This document shows, in pieces, positions 37,301 to 52,141 of a DNA stretch of 64,000 nt. Origin of the DNA: Tubulanus polymorphus (Eukaryota; Animalia; Nemertea); assembly GCF_964204645.1 (NCBI RefSeq), contig NW_027437448.1, positions 46,712 through 110,711 on the forward strand, given 5' to 3'. The notes below the pieces were generated by a model. The model was not told where the DNA came from. It worked only from the letters and a program-made list of their open reading frames with translations, and made no database searches. A program made the translations under genes and the position numbers. Position 1 is the first letter of the stretch, and each line of letters begins with the position of its first letter.

Positions 37301-38766
37301 TTGCTACCGAATAATTAGAGCAAGGTCAGCTCCACAGCCTTGATAAATGCTTATCGCAAAGACAAAAAGAGGCATAGAAAATATTTTTTATGTAACCGTA
37401 TTTTGTAAATAAAAATATCTATGTAACAGTTCAGTTTCTATACACAGTTTTCTGATATATGAGATTGATCTTAATCAATTTAATGTATGCGAAAAATGTA
37501 TCCGTTATCATTCGATTTAGTGACGCTAATTTAGTGTTCTAGTCCTACGCATGGTGGCAGCACTTGACGGTACTATACCAATGTCCCCGACCCCGCGTGC
37601 CGTTTTCTGCCCGGGTCACCTATTGCCCGAAAACCTATCAACTATTAAAGAAAAAAGAAAACAAGCAAAGGAAAATATCTTGTATAGAAAGTTTATTAAT
37701 AATTTATAGAAAAGCCTTTTATCCTCAGCACAGAAAGGATTACAAAAATACATTCCATCGATAACATTTTTTTCAACCGTTTTTGTGACAATAAAAGTTC
37801 ATTCCAATAGGGGAAAAACTTTTTAAGTATTTCGTTCATTAACAATTAGAAATTTTTTGAATCAAAACTGGATCAGAATTTGTTCTAAACTCAATCAGTG
37901 ATTAGTACAAACAACATTGGTGAAAATTGATGATTATCTGAGACAAATTAAATTTGATTAATTAATTTTTACTTTGTGGGCTCCACTTCACCCAGCTGCA
38001 TCAGTCTTTCCTTCTTCCTCTTCTCCAGGTCTCTCTCTCTCTCTCTTTTATACGTCATAAAATAATCGTGATAATTGATATCTTATCATAAATGCAACAA
38101 TGCTGCAAAATACCTAAAAAAAACAATAACAGTTTAAACATTAGTTTAATCTATTGATATTAGCATAAAATCATTAGAAATCAAAACTTACTTGAAAAGC
38201 AAGAGGAATCACTGTGAGTGATCTCTCATGAGTCGGACCAATAATTGATCAAATAAAATTAATCAGCGTAAAATTATTACATTCGACAAATTTTCCGTCG
38301 TCGCCGAGATTGTACTTAATATCGATAATACGCAACACAGCGAATAAACGCACTAAAACACGGCCGAATAAACCGAGGTCTTCAACGCGGAATTTTACTA
38401 AACTCATTCCTAATTTATTCGTTTTAGCATCAAATCTAAAATAAATAATAAAAACATTCTTTGAATAAATGGAACAGGAGAAAGGGGGAGGATCAATTAT
38501 CAAATAAGTTGATTAAATACGGACGCACGCACGGTACCTTGAAGCGACTGCACAGTTTTATCAACAGAGAAATGTTGTTTATGTTGAGGGATTAAAGGTT
38601 GAACTGATTGAGAGTATCTGCTGCATGTATCGTGTAGTTTAGGTATCGGTAATCGAGGTAAACTCCTCTGGAAATGATCGGTAGGAATCGAACTACGATG
38701 TAATAATTCATCAGCATCAAATTCACTGTCGCAATAAATAGAAAAACATACATTTCAAACAGAGTA

Positions 38767-39038
38767 TTGTTGAGACGAGAAGATACACAATATCCGTGTA
38801 AGAAGATAACAAGAGAAATCCCACAATAAGTTCAGCCAAAACGAGAAACTTGAATAGAAGAGTTATATATATTTTTGCGCAACGTTTCGGCTAAAGACTA
38901 TTAGCCATCATCAGGCGTACTGAGTACGCCTGATGATGGCTAATAGTCTTTAGCCGAAACGTTGCGCAAAAATATATATAACTCTTCTATTCAAGTTTCT
39001 CGTTTTGGCTGAACTTATTGTGGGATTTCTCTTGTTGT
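38767..39038. mobile_element. Penelope-like inverted-repeat insertion with 14-bp TSD
   Basis: TTTCAAACAGAGTA at 38753-38766 and 39039-39052; perfect arms 38808-38921 / 38923-39036; absent from all other units. Confidence 0.8.
38927..38966 (+). ncRNA. Minimal hammerhead-ribozyme motif (mirror copy on - strand at 38878-38917)
   Basis: CGC-CTGATGA-T-GGCTAA-tagtct-TTAGCC-GAAA-CGTT-GCG: both core boxes, 6-bp stem II, palindromic AACGTT in place of stem III, 3-bp stem I. Confidence 0.7.
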
Positions 39039-42000
39039 TTTCAAACAGAGTAGTTTTAAATACATATCTCTTAACCCTTTCAGTGCCGACTAATTAATAC
39101 TCTATAGTGCGGGAGAAAATTTGAAAATTTTGAAGAATTCCACCCTAGTGTGTTGAATAACGGGAATACCACTATAGTGCGTCTGCACCGCGGCGCGGTG
39201 TATCGTTAGTTACTAATATTTCACTATGTTTGACAGGTGCTGCCATTTTTCAAGAGAGATATAAATAAAATACTAATTACATCAATACACCGCAGTGTGG
39301 TGTACTAGCAAAATCTATCACTGATTTATACACCGCACTGCGGTGTAGACACACTGAAAGGGAAATGAGTGTTTAATTCCACTATATATAGGAATGTATA
39401 ACATGATGTCATATCTTAAAACCTGTAAAGACGTGTGTCTCTGAAACGCAGTAGCGTCTGCACAGACAGTGTTTATTGTTTCTAATTACCGTTTTGAATC
39501 TTTTTTGTTACTGCTATGAAATTTTTTGAAGCATGTTGATAATTTCTGAAAGAGATAGATACAATTTAAAATCAACTGGTTGGGGAGTGGTGCGGGATGA
39601 AAGTAGAGCCAGATGAGGTATTGCCGGCGCTGGGACGAGTTTGTAGCACTTTGGTACCATTTAGTCACTAGTCTGAATACAGGACATTGTTACGTTCCTG
39701 ACAACAACTTGTCTTGGAGACAGGTAACACTGTATGTATAGCTCCGCTAGGACTCGGGGGGGGGGGTCTCGGGGGTGGTCTTACCGGTATATTACACTGA
39801 ATACTGCTGCTGCAGCTGCTGCTGCTGTTTATTATCGTCCTGTATCTTTTAGATAAACATCTGGACAGCAACATTTTGAATTTTTAGGGCAACCCGGAAG
39901 TAAACCGGAACACCGCCACAGCTGTCAGACTTTACTCATTGCTACCGAATAATTAGAGCAAGGTCAGCTCCACAGCCTTGATAAATGCTTATCGCAAAGA
40001 CAAAAAGAGGCATAGAAAATATTTTTTATGTAACCGTATTTTGTAAATAAAAATATCTATGTAACAGTTCATGTAACAATTCAGTTTCTATACACAGTTT
40101 TCTGATATATAAGATTGATCTTACTCAATTTAATGTATCCGAAAAATGTATCTGTTATCATTCGATTTAGTGGCGCTAATTTAGTGTTCTAGTCCTACGC
40201 ATGGTGGCAGCACTTGACGGTACTATACCAATGTCCCCGACCCCGCGGGCCGGGTGCCGTTTTCTGCCCGGGTCACCTAATGCCCGAAAACCTATCAACT
40301 ATTAAAGTAAAAAGAAAACAAGCAAAGGAAAATATCTTGTATAGAAAGTTTATTAATAATTTATAGAAAAGCCTTTTATCCTCAGCACAGAAAGGATTAC
40401 AAAAATACATTCCATCGATAACATTTTTTTCAACCGTTTTTGTGACAATAAAAGTTCATTCCAATAGGGGAAAAACTTTTTAAGTATTTCGTTCATTAAC
40501 AATTAGAAATTTTTTGAATCAAAACTCGATCAGAATTTGTTCTAAACTCAATCAGTGATTAGTACAAACAACACTGGTGAAAATTGATGATTATCTGAGA
40601 CAAATTAAATTTGATTAATTTATTTTTACTTTGTGGGCTCCACTTCGCCCAGCTGCATCAGTCTTTCCTTCTTCCTCTTCTCCAGGTCTCTCTCTCTCTC
40701 TTTTATACATCATAAAATAATCGTGATAATTGATATCTTATCATAAATGCAACAATGCTGCAAAATACCTTAAAAAAAACAATAACAGTTTAAACATTAG
40801 TTAAATCTATTGATATTAGCATAAAATCATTAGAAATCAAAACTTACTTGAAAAGCAAGGCGAATCACTGTCAGTGATCTCTCATGAGTCGGACCAATAA
40901 TTGATCAAATAAAATTAATCAGCGTAAAATTATTACATTCGACAAATTTTCCGTCGTCACCGAGATTGTATTTAATATCGATAATACGCAACACAGCGAA
41001 TAAACGCACTAAAACACGGCCGAATAAACCGAGGACTTCAACGCGGAATTTCACTAAACTCATTCCTAATTTATTCGTTTTAGCATCAAATCTAAAATAA
41101 ATAATAAAAACATTCTTTGAATAAATGGAACAGGAGAGAGGGGGAGGATCAATTATCAAATAAGTTGATTAAATACGGACGCACGCACGGTACCTTGAAG
41201 CGACTGCACAGTTTTATCAACAGAGAAATGTTGTTTATGTTGAGGGATTAAAGGTTGAACTGATTGCGAGTATCTGCTGCATGTATCGTGTAGTTTAGGT
41301 ATCGGTAATCGTGGTAAACTCCTCTGGAAATGATCGGTAGGAATCGAACTACGATGTAATAATTCATCAGCATCAAATTCACTGTCGCAATGAATAGAAA
41401 AACATACATTTCAAACAGAGTAGTTTTAAATACATATCTCTTAACCCTTTCAGTGCCGACCAATTAATACTCTATAGTGCGGGAGAAAATTTGAAAATTT
41501 TGAAGAATTCCACCCTAGTGTGTTGAATAACGGGAATACCACTATAGTGCGTCTGCACCGCGGCGCGGTGTATCGTTAGTTACTAATATTTCACTATGTT
41601 TGACAGGTGCTGCCATTTTTCAAGAGAGATATAAATAAAATACTAATTACATCAATAGACCGCAGTGTAGTGTACTAGCAAAATCTATCACTGATTTATA
41701 CACCGCACTGCGGTGTAGACACACTGAAAGGGAAATGAGTGTTTAATTCCACTATATATAGGAATGTATAACATGATGTCATATCTTAAAACCTGTAAAG
41801 ACGTGTGTCTCTGAAACGCAGTAGCGTCTGCACAGACAGTGTTTATTGTTTCTAATTACCGTTTTGAATCTTTTTTGTTACTGCTATGAAATTTTTTGAA
41901 GCATGTTGATAATTTCTGAAAGAGATAGATACAATTTAAAATCAACTGGTTGGGGAGTGGTGCGGGATGAAAGTAGAGCCAGATGAGGTATTGCCGGCGC

Positions 42001-45000
42001 TGGGACGAGTTTGTAGCACTTTGGTACCATTTAGTCACTAGTCTGAATACAGGACATTGTTACGTTCCTGACAACAACTTGTCTTGGAGACAGGTAACAC
42101 TGTATGTATAGCTCCGCTAGGACTCGGGGGGGGGGTCTCAGGGGTGGTCTTACCGGTATATTACACTGAATACTGCTGCTGCAGCTGCTGCTGCTGTTTA
42201 TTATCGTCCTGTATCTTTTAGATAAACATCTGGACAGCAACATTTTGAATTTTTAGGGCAACCCGGAAGTAGACCGGAACACCGCCACAGCTGTCAGACT
42301 TTACTCATTGCTACCGAATAATTAGAGCAAGGTCAGCTCCACAGCCTTGATAAATGCTTATCGCAAAGACAAAAAGAGGCATAGAAAATATTTTTTATGT
42401 AACCGTATTTTGTAAATAAAAATATCTATGTAACAGTTCAGTTTCTATACACAGTTTTCTGATATATGAGATTGATCTTAATCAATTTAATGTATGCGAA
42501 AAATGTATCCGTTATCATTCGATTTAGTGACGCTAATTTAGTGTTCTAGTCCTACGCATGGTGGCAGCACTTGACGGTACTATACCAATGTCCCCGACCC
42601 CGCGTGCCGTTTTCTGCCCGGGTCACCTATTGCCCGAAAACCTATCAACTATTAAAGAAAAAAGAAAACAAGCAAAGGAAAATATCTTGTATAGAAAGTT
42701 TATTAATAATTTATAGAAAAGCCTTTTATCCTCAGCACAGAAAGGATTACAAAAATACATTCCATCGATAACATTTTTTTCAACCGTTTTTGTGACAATA
42801 AAAGTTCATTCCAATAGGGGAAAAACTTTTTAAGTATTTCGTTCATTAACAATTAGAAATTTTTTGAATCAAAACTCGATCAGAATTTGTTCTAAACTCA
42901 ATCAGTGATTAGTACAAACAACATTGGTGAAAATTGATGATTATCTGAGACAAATTAAATTTGATTAATTAATTTTTACTTTGTGGGCTCCACTTCACCC
43001 AGCTGCATCAGTCTTTCCTTCTTCCTCTTCTCCAGGTCTCTCTCTCTCTCTCTTTTATACGTCATAAAATAATCGTGATAATTGATATCTTATCATAAAT
43101 GCAACAATGCTGCAAAATACCTAAAAAAAACAATAACAGTTTAAACATTAGTTTAATCTATTGATATTAGCATAAAATCATTAGAAATCAAAACTTACTT
43201 GAAAAGCAAGAAGAATCACTGTGAGTGATCTCTCATGAGTCGGACCAATAATTGATCAAATAAAATTAATCAGCGTAAAATTATTACATTCGACAAATTT
43301 TCCGTCGTCGCCGAGATTGTACTTAATATCGATAATACGCAACACAGCGAATAAACGCACTAAAACACGGCCGAATAAACCGAGGTCTTCAACGCGGAAT
43401 TTTACTAAACTCATTCCTAATTTATTCGTTTTAGCATCAAATCTAAAATAAATAATAAAAACATTCTTTGAATAAATGGAACAGGAGAAAGGGGGAGGAT
43501 CAATTATCAAATAAGTTGATTAAATACGGACGCACGCACGGTACCTTGAAGCGACTGCACAGTTTTATCAACAGAGAAATGTTGTTTATGTTGAGGGATT
43601 AAAGGTTGAACTGATTGAGAGTATCTGCTGCATGTATCGTGTAGTTTAGGTATCGGTAATCGAGGTAAACTCCTCTGGAAATGATCGGTAGGAATCGAAC
43701 TACGATGTAATAATTCATCAGCATCAAATTCACTGTCGCAATAAATAGAAAAACATACATTTCAAACAGAGTAGTTTTAAATACATATCTCTTAACCCTT
43801 TCAGTGCCGACTAATTAATACTCTATAGTGCGGGAGAAAATTTGAAAATTTTGAAGAATTCCACCCTAGTGTGTTGAATAACGGGAATACCACTATAGTG
43901 CGTCTGCACCGCGGCGCGGTGTATCGTTAGTTACTAATATTTCACTATGTTTGACAGGTGCTGCCATTTTTCAAGAGAGATATAAATAAAATACTAATTA
44001 CATCAATACACCGCAGTGTGGTGTACTAGCAAAATCTATCACTGATTTATACACCGCACTGCGGTGTAGACACACTGAAAGGGAAATGAGTGTTTAATTC
44101 CACTATATATAGGAATGTATAACATGATGTCATATCTTAAAACCTGTAAAGACGTGTGTCTCTGAAACGCAGTAGCGTCTGCACAGACAGTGTTTATTGT
44201 TTCTAATTACCGTTTTGAATCTTTTTTGTTACTGCTATGAAATTTTTTGAAGCATGTTGATAATTTCTGAAAGAGATAGATACAATTTAAAATCAACTGG
44301 TTGGGGAGTGGTGCGGGATGAAAGTAGAGCCAGATGAGGTATTGCCGGCGCTGGGACGAGTTTGTAGCACTTTGGTACCATTTAGTCACTAGTCTGAATA
44401 CAGGACATTGTTACGTTCCTGACAACAACTTGTCTTGGAGACAGGTAACACTGTATGTATAGCTCCGCTAGGACTCGGGGGGGGGGGTCTCGGGGGTGGT
44501 CTTACCGGTATATTACACTGAATACTGCTGCTGCAGCTGCTGCTGCTGTTTATTATCGTCCTGTATCTTTTAGATAAACATCTGGACAGCAACATTTTGA
44601 ATTTTTAGGGCAACCCGGAAGTAAACCGGAACACCGCCACAGCTGTCAGACTTTACTCATTGCTACCGAATAATTAGAGCAAGGTCAGCTCCACAGCCTT
44701 GATAAATGCTTATCGCAAAGACAAAAAGAGGCATAGAAAATATTTTTTATGTAACCGTATTTTGTAAATAAAAATATCTATGTAACAGTTCATGTAACAA
44801 TTCAGTTTCTATACACAGTTTTCTGATATATAAGATTGATCTTACTCAATTTAATGTATCCGAAAAATGTATCTGTTATCATTCGATTTAGTGGCGCTAA
44901 TTTAGTGTTCTAGTCCTACGCATGGTGGCAGCACTTGACGGTACTATACCAATGTCCCCGACCCCGCGGGCCGGGTGCCGTTTTCTGCCCGGGTCACCTA

Positions 45001-48000
45001 TTGCCCGAAAACCTATCAACTATTAAAGTAAAAAGAAAACAAGCAAAGGAAAATATCTTGTATAGAAAGTTTATTAATAATTTATAGAAAAGCCTTTTAT
45101 CCTCAGCACAGAAAGGATTACAAAAATACATTCCATCGATAACATTTTTTTCAACCGTTTTTGTGACAATAAAAGTTCATTCCAATAGGGGAAAAACTTT
45201 TTAAGTATTTCGTTCATTAACAATTAGAAATTTTTTGAATCAAAACTCGATCAGAATTTGTTCTAAACTCAATCAGTGATTAGTACAAACAACACTGGTG
45301 AAAATTGATGATTATCTGAGACAAATTAAATTTGATTAATTTATTTTTACTTTGTGGGCTCCACTTCGCCCAGCTGCATCAGTCTTTCCTTCTTCCTCTT
45401 CTCCAGGTCTCTCTCTCTCTCTTTTATACATCATAAAATAATCGTGATAATTGATATCTTATCATAAATGCAACAATGCTGCAAAATACCTTAAAAAAAA
45501 CAATAACAGTTTAAACATTAGTTAAATCTATTGATATTAGCATAAAATCATTAGAAATCAAAACTTACTTGAAAAGCAAGGCGAATCACTGTCAGTGATC
45601 TCTCATGAGTCGGACCAATAATTGATCAAATAAAATTAATCAGCGTAAAATTATTACATTCGACAAATTTTCCGTCGTCACCGAGATTGTATTTAATATC
45701 GATAATACGCAACACAGCGAATAAACGCACTAAAACACGGCCGAATAAACCGAGGACTTCAACGCGGAATTTCACTAAACTCATTCCTAATTTATTCGTT
45801 TTAGCATCAAATCTAAAATAAATAATAAAAACATTCTTTGAATAAATGGAACAGGAGAAAGGGGGAGGATCAATTATCAAATAAGTTGATTAAATACGGA
45901 CGCACGCACGGTACCTTGAAGCGACTGCACAGTTTTATCAACAGAGAAATGTTGTTTATGTTGAGGGATTAAAGGTTGAACTGATTGCGAGTATCTGCTG
46001 CATGTATCGTGTAGTTTAGGTATCGGTAATCGTGGTAAACTCCTCTGGAAATGATCGGTAGGAATCGAACTACGATGTAATAATTCATCAGCATCAAATT
46101 CACTGTCGCAATGAATAGAAAAACATACATTTCAAACAGAGTAGTTTTAAATACATATCTCTTAACCCTTTCAGTGCCGACCAATTAATACTCTATAGTG
46201 CGGGAGAAAATTTGAAAATTTTGAAGAATTCCACCCTAGTGTGTTGAATAACGGGAATACCACTATAGTGCGTCTGCACCGCGGCGCGGTGTATCGTTAG
46301 TTACTAATATTTCACTATGTTTGACAGGTGCTGCCATTTTTCAAGAGAGATATAAATAAAATACTAATTACATCAATAGACCGCAGTGTAGTGTACTAGC
46401 AAAATCTATCACTGATTTATACACCGCACTGCGGTGTAGACACACTGAAAGGGAAATGAGTGTTTAATTCCACTATATATAGGAATGTATAACATGATGT
46501 CATATCTTAAAACCTGTAAAGACGTGTGTCTCTGAAACGCAGTAGCGTCTGCACAGACAGTGTTTATTGTTTCTAATTACCGTTTTGAATCTTTTTTGTT
46601 ACTGCTATGAAATTTTTTGAAGCATGTTGATAATTTCTGGAAGAGATAGATACAATTTAAAATCAACTGGTTGGGGAGTGGTGCGGGATGAAAGTAGAGC
46701 CAGATGAGGTATTGCCGGCGCTGGGACGAGTTTGTAGCACTTTGGTACCATTTAGTCACTAGTCTGAATACAGGACATTGTTACGTTCCTGACAACAACT
46801 TGTCTTGGAGACAGGTAACACTGTATGTATAGCTCCGCTAGGACTCGGGGGGGGGGGTCTCAGGGGTGGTCTTACCGGTATATTACACTGAATACTGCTG
46901 CTGCAGCTGCTGCTGCTGTTTATTATCGTCCTGTATCTTTTAGATAAACATCTGGACAGCAACATTTTGAATTTTTAGGGCAACCCGGAAGTAGACCGGA
47001 ACACCGCCACAGCTGTCAGACTTTACTCATTGCTACCGAATAATTAGAGCAAGGTCAGCTCCACAGCCTTGATAAATGCTTATCGCAAAGACAAAAAGAG
47101 GCATAGAAAATATTTTTTATGTAACCGTATTTTGTAAATAGAAATATCTATGTAACAATTCAGTTTCTATACACAGTTTTCTGATATATAAGATTGATCT
47201 TACTCAATTTAATGTATCCGAAAAATGTATCTGTTATCATTCGATTTAGTGGCGCTAATTTAGTGTTCTAGTCCTAGGCATGGTGGCAGCACTTGACGGT
47301 ACTATACCAATGTCCCCGACCCCGCGGGCCGGGTGCCGTTTTCTGCCCGGGTCACCTATTGCCCGAAAACCTATCAACTATTAAAGAAAAAAGAAAACAA
47401 GCAAAGGAAAATATCTTGTATAGAAAGTTTATTAATAATTTATAGAAAAGCCTTTTATCCTCAGCACAGAAAGGATTACAAAAATACATTCCATCGATAA
47501 CATTTTTTTCAACCGTTTTTGTGACAATAAAAGTTCATTCCAATAGGGGAAAAACTTTTTAAGTATTTCGTTCATTAACAATTAGAAATTTTTTGAATCA
47601 AAACTGGATCAGAATTTGTTCTAAACTCAATCAGTGATTAGTACAAACAACACTGGTGAAAATTGATGATTATCTGAGACAAATTAAATTTGATTAATTA
47701 ATTTTTACTTTGTGGGCTCCACTTCGCCCAGCTGCATCAGTCTTTCCTTCTTCCTCTTCTCCAGGTCTCTCTCTCTCTCTTTTATACATCATAAAATAAT
47801 CGTGATAATTGATATCTGATCATAAATGCAACAATGCTGCAAAATACCTAAAAAAAACAATAACAGTTTAAACATTAGTTTAATCTATTGATATTAGCAT
47901 AAAATCATTAGAAATCAAAACTTACTTGAAAAGCAAGGCGAATCACTGTCAGTGATCTCTCATTGAGTTGGACCAATAATTGATCAAATAAAATTAATCA

Positions 48001-51000
48001 GCGTAAAATTATTACATTCGACAAATTTTCCGTCGTCGCCGAGATTGTATTAAATATCGATAATACGCAACACAGCGAATAAACGCACTAAAACACGGCC
48101 GAATAAACCGAGGACTTCAACGCGGAATTTCACTAAACTCATTCCTAATTTATTCATTTTAGCATCAAATCTAAAATAAATAATAAAAACATTCTATGAA
48201 TAAATGGAACGGAGAAAGGGGGAGGGGGAGGATCAATTATCAAATAAGTTGATTAAATACGGACGCACGCACGGTACCTTGAAGCGACTGCACAGTTTTA
48301 TCAACAGAGAAATGTTGTTTATGTTGAGGGATTAAAGGTTGAACTGATTGCGAGTATCTGCTGCATGTATCGTGTAGTTTAGGTATCGGTAATCGAGGTA
48401 AACTCCTCTGGAAATGATCGGTAGGAATCGAACTACGATGTAATAATTCATCAGCATCAAATTCACTGTCGCAATAAATAGAAAAACATACATTTCAAAC
48501 AGAGTTGTTTTAAACACATATCTTTTAATGAATGTTTAATTCCACTATATATAGGAATGTATAACATGATGTCATTATCTTAAAACCTGTAAAGACGTGT
48601 GTCTCTGAAACGCAGTAGCGTCTGCACAGACAGTGTTTATTGTTTCTAATTACCGTTTTGAATCTTTCTTGTTACTGCTATGAAATTTTTTGATGCATGT
48701 TGATAATTTCTGAAAGAGATAGATACAATTTAAAATCAACTGTTTGGGGAGTGGTGCGGGATGAAAGTAGAGCCAGAGGAGGTATTGCCGGCGCTGGGAC
48801 GAGTTTGTAGCTTGGTACCATAATAGACTAGTCTGAATATAGGACATTGTTACGTTCCTGACAACAACTAGTCTTGGAGACAGGTAACACTGTATGTATA
48901 GCTCCGCTAGGACTCGGGGGGGGTGGTCTTACCGGTATATTACACTGAATACTGCTGCTGCAGCTGCTGCTGCTGTTTATTATCGTCCTGTATCTTTTAG
49001 ATAAACATCTGGACAGCAACATTTTGAATTTTTAGAGCAACCCGGAAGTAAACCGGAACACCGCCACAGCTGTCAGATTTTACACATTGCTACCGAATAA
49101 TTAGAGCAAGGTCAGCTCCACAGCCTTGATAAATGCTTATCGCAAAGACAAAAAGAGGCATAGAAAATATTTTTTATGTAACCGTATTTTGTAAATAAAA
49201 ATATGTATGTAACAGTTCAGTTTCTATACACAGTTTTCTGATATATGAGATTGATCTTAATCAATTTAATGTATGCGAAAAATGTATCTGTTATCATTCG
49301 ATTTAGTGACGCTAATTTAGTGTTCTAGTCCTACGCATGGTGGCAGCACTTGACGGTACTATACCAATGTCCCCGACCCCGCGTGCCGGGTGCCGTTTTC
49401 TGCCCGGGTCACCTATTGCCCGAAAACCTATCGACTATTAAAGAAAAAAGAAAACAAGCAAAGGAAAATATCTTGTATAGAAAGTTTATTAATAATTTAT
49501 AGAAAAGCCTTTTATCCTCAGCACAGAAAGGATTACAAAAATACATTCCATCGATAACATTTTTTTCAACCGTTTTTGTGACAATAGTTCATTCCAATAG
49601 GGGAAAAACTTTTTAAGTATTTCGTTCATTAACAATTAGAATTTTTTTGAATCAAAACTGATCAGAATTTGTTCTAAACTCAATCAGTGATTGGTACAAA
49701 CAACACTGGTGAAAATTGATGATTATCTGAGACAAATTAAATTTGATTAATTAATTTTTACTTTGTGGGCTCCACTTCGCCCAGCTGCATCAGTCTTTCC
49801 TTCTTCCTCTTCTCCAGGTCTCTCTCTCTCTCTTTTACACATCATAAAATAATCGTGATAATTGATATCTGATCATAAATGCAACAATGCTGCAAAATAT
49901 CTAAAAAAACAATAACAGTTTAAACATTAGTTTAATCTATTGATATTAGCATAAAATCATTAGAAATCAAAACTTACTTGAAAAGCAAGAAGAATCACTG
50001 TCAGTGATCTCTCATGAGTCGGACCAATAATTGATCAAATAAAATTAATCAGCGTAAAATTATTACATTCGACAAATTTTCCGTCGTCGCCGAGATTGTA
50101 TTTAATATCGATAATACGCAACACAGCGAATAAACGCACTAAAACACGGCCGAATAAACCGAGGACTTCAACGCGGAATTTCACTAAACTCATTCCTAAT
50201 TTATTCGTTTTAGCATCAAATCTAAAATAAATAATAAAAACATTCTATGAATAAATGGAACAGGAGAAAGGGGGAAGACCAATTATCGAATAAGTTGATT
50301 AAATACGGACGCACGCACGGTACCTTGAAGCGACTGAACAGTTTTATCAACAGAGAAATGTTGTTTATGTTGAGAGATTAAAGGTTGAACTGCTTGCGAG
50401 TATCTGCTGCATGTATCATGTAGTTTAGGTATCGGTAATCGAGGTAAACTCCTCTGGAAATGATCGGTAGGAATCGAACTACGATGTAATAATTCATCAG
50501 CATCAAATTCACTGTCGCAATAAATAGAAAAACATACATTTCAAACAGAGTTGTTTTAAATACATATCTCTTAACCCTTTCAGTGCCGACTAATTAATAC
50601 TCTATAGTGCGGGAGAAAATTTGAAAATTTTGAAGAATTCCACCCTAGTGTGTTGAATAACGGGAATACCCCTATAGTGCATCTACACCGCGGTGCGGTG
50701 TATCATTAGTTACTAATATTTCACTATGTTTGACAGGTGCTGCCATTTTTCAAGAGAGATATAAATTAAATACTAATTACATCAATAGACCGCAGTGCGG
50801 TGTACTAGCAAAATCTATCACTGATTTATACACCGCACTGCGGTGCAGACTGTATAACATGATGTCATATCTTAAAACCTGTAAAGACGTGTGTCTCTGA
50901 AACGCAGTAGCGTCTGCACAGACAGTGTTTATTGTTTCTAATTACCGTTTTGAATCTTTCTTGTTACTGCTATGAAATTTTTTGATGCATGTTGATAATT

Positions 51001-52141
51001 TCTGAAAGAGATAGATAAAATTTAAAATCAACTGGTTGGGGATCGGTGCGGGATGAAAGTAGAGCCCGATGAGGTATTGCCGGCGCTGGGACGAGTTTGT
51101 AGCACTTTGGTACCATTTGATTTAGTCACTAGTCTGAATACAGGACATTGTTACGTTCCTGACAACAACTAGCCTTGGAGACAGGTAACACTGTATGTAT
51201 AGCTCCGCTAGGACTCGGGGGGGGGTGGTCTTACCGGTATATTACACTGAATACTGCTGCTGCAGCTGCTGCTGCTGTTTATTATCGTCCTGTATCTTTT
51301 AGTTAAACATCTGGACAGCAACATTTTGAATTTTTAGAGCAACCCGGAAGTAAACCGGAACACCGCCACAGCTGTCAGATTTTACTCATTGCTACCGAAT
51401 AATTAGAGCAAGGTCAGCTCCACAGCCTTGATAAATGCTTATCGCAAAGACAAAAAGAGGCATAGAATTTATTTTTTATGTAACCGTATTTTGTAAATAA
51501 AAATATCTATGTAACAGTTCAGTTTCTATACACAGTTTTCTGATATATGAGATTGATCTCAATCAATTTAATGTATGCGAAAAATGTATCTGTTATCATT
51601 CGATTTAGTGACGCTAATTTAGTGTTCTAGTCCTACGCATGGTGGCAGCACTTGACGGTACTATACCAATGTCCCCGACCCCGCGTGCCGGGTGCCGTTT
51701 TCTGCCCGGGTCACCTATTGCCCGAAAACCTATCAACTATTAAAGAAAAAAGAAAACAAGCAAAGGAAAATATCTTGTATAGAAAGTTTATTAATAATTT
51801 ATAGAAAAGCCTTTTATCCTCAGCACAGAAAGGATTACAAAAATACATTCCATCGATAACATTTTTTTCAACCGTTTTTGTGACAATAAAAGTTCATTCC
51901 AATAGGGGAAAAACTTTTTAAGTATTTCGTTCATTAACAATTAGAAATTTTTTGAATCAAAACTCGATCAGAATTTGTTCTAAACTCAATCAGTGATTAG
52001 TACAAACAACACTGGTGAAAATTGATGATTATCTGAGACAAATTAAATTTGATTAATTAATTTTTACTTTGTGGGCTCCACTTCGCCCAGCTGCATCAGT
52101 CTTTCCTTCTTATCTTCTCCAGGTCTCTCTCTCTCTCTCTT

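Larger units (their letters stand above)
33735..51324 (-). pseudogene. Eight chimeric partial CPT2(5')-DPAGT1(3') units
   Basis: Seven units share TTA>TGA in the DPAGT1 penultimate exon; the unit at ~33735-34883 has deletions in that exon and in CPT2 exon 3. Confidence 0.85.
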
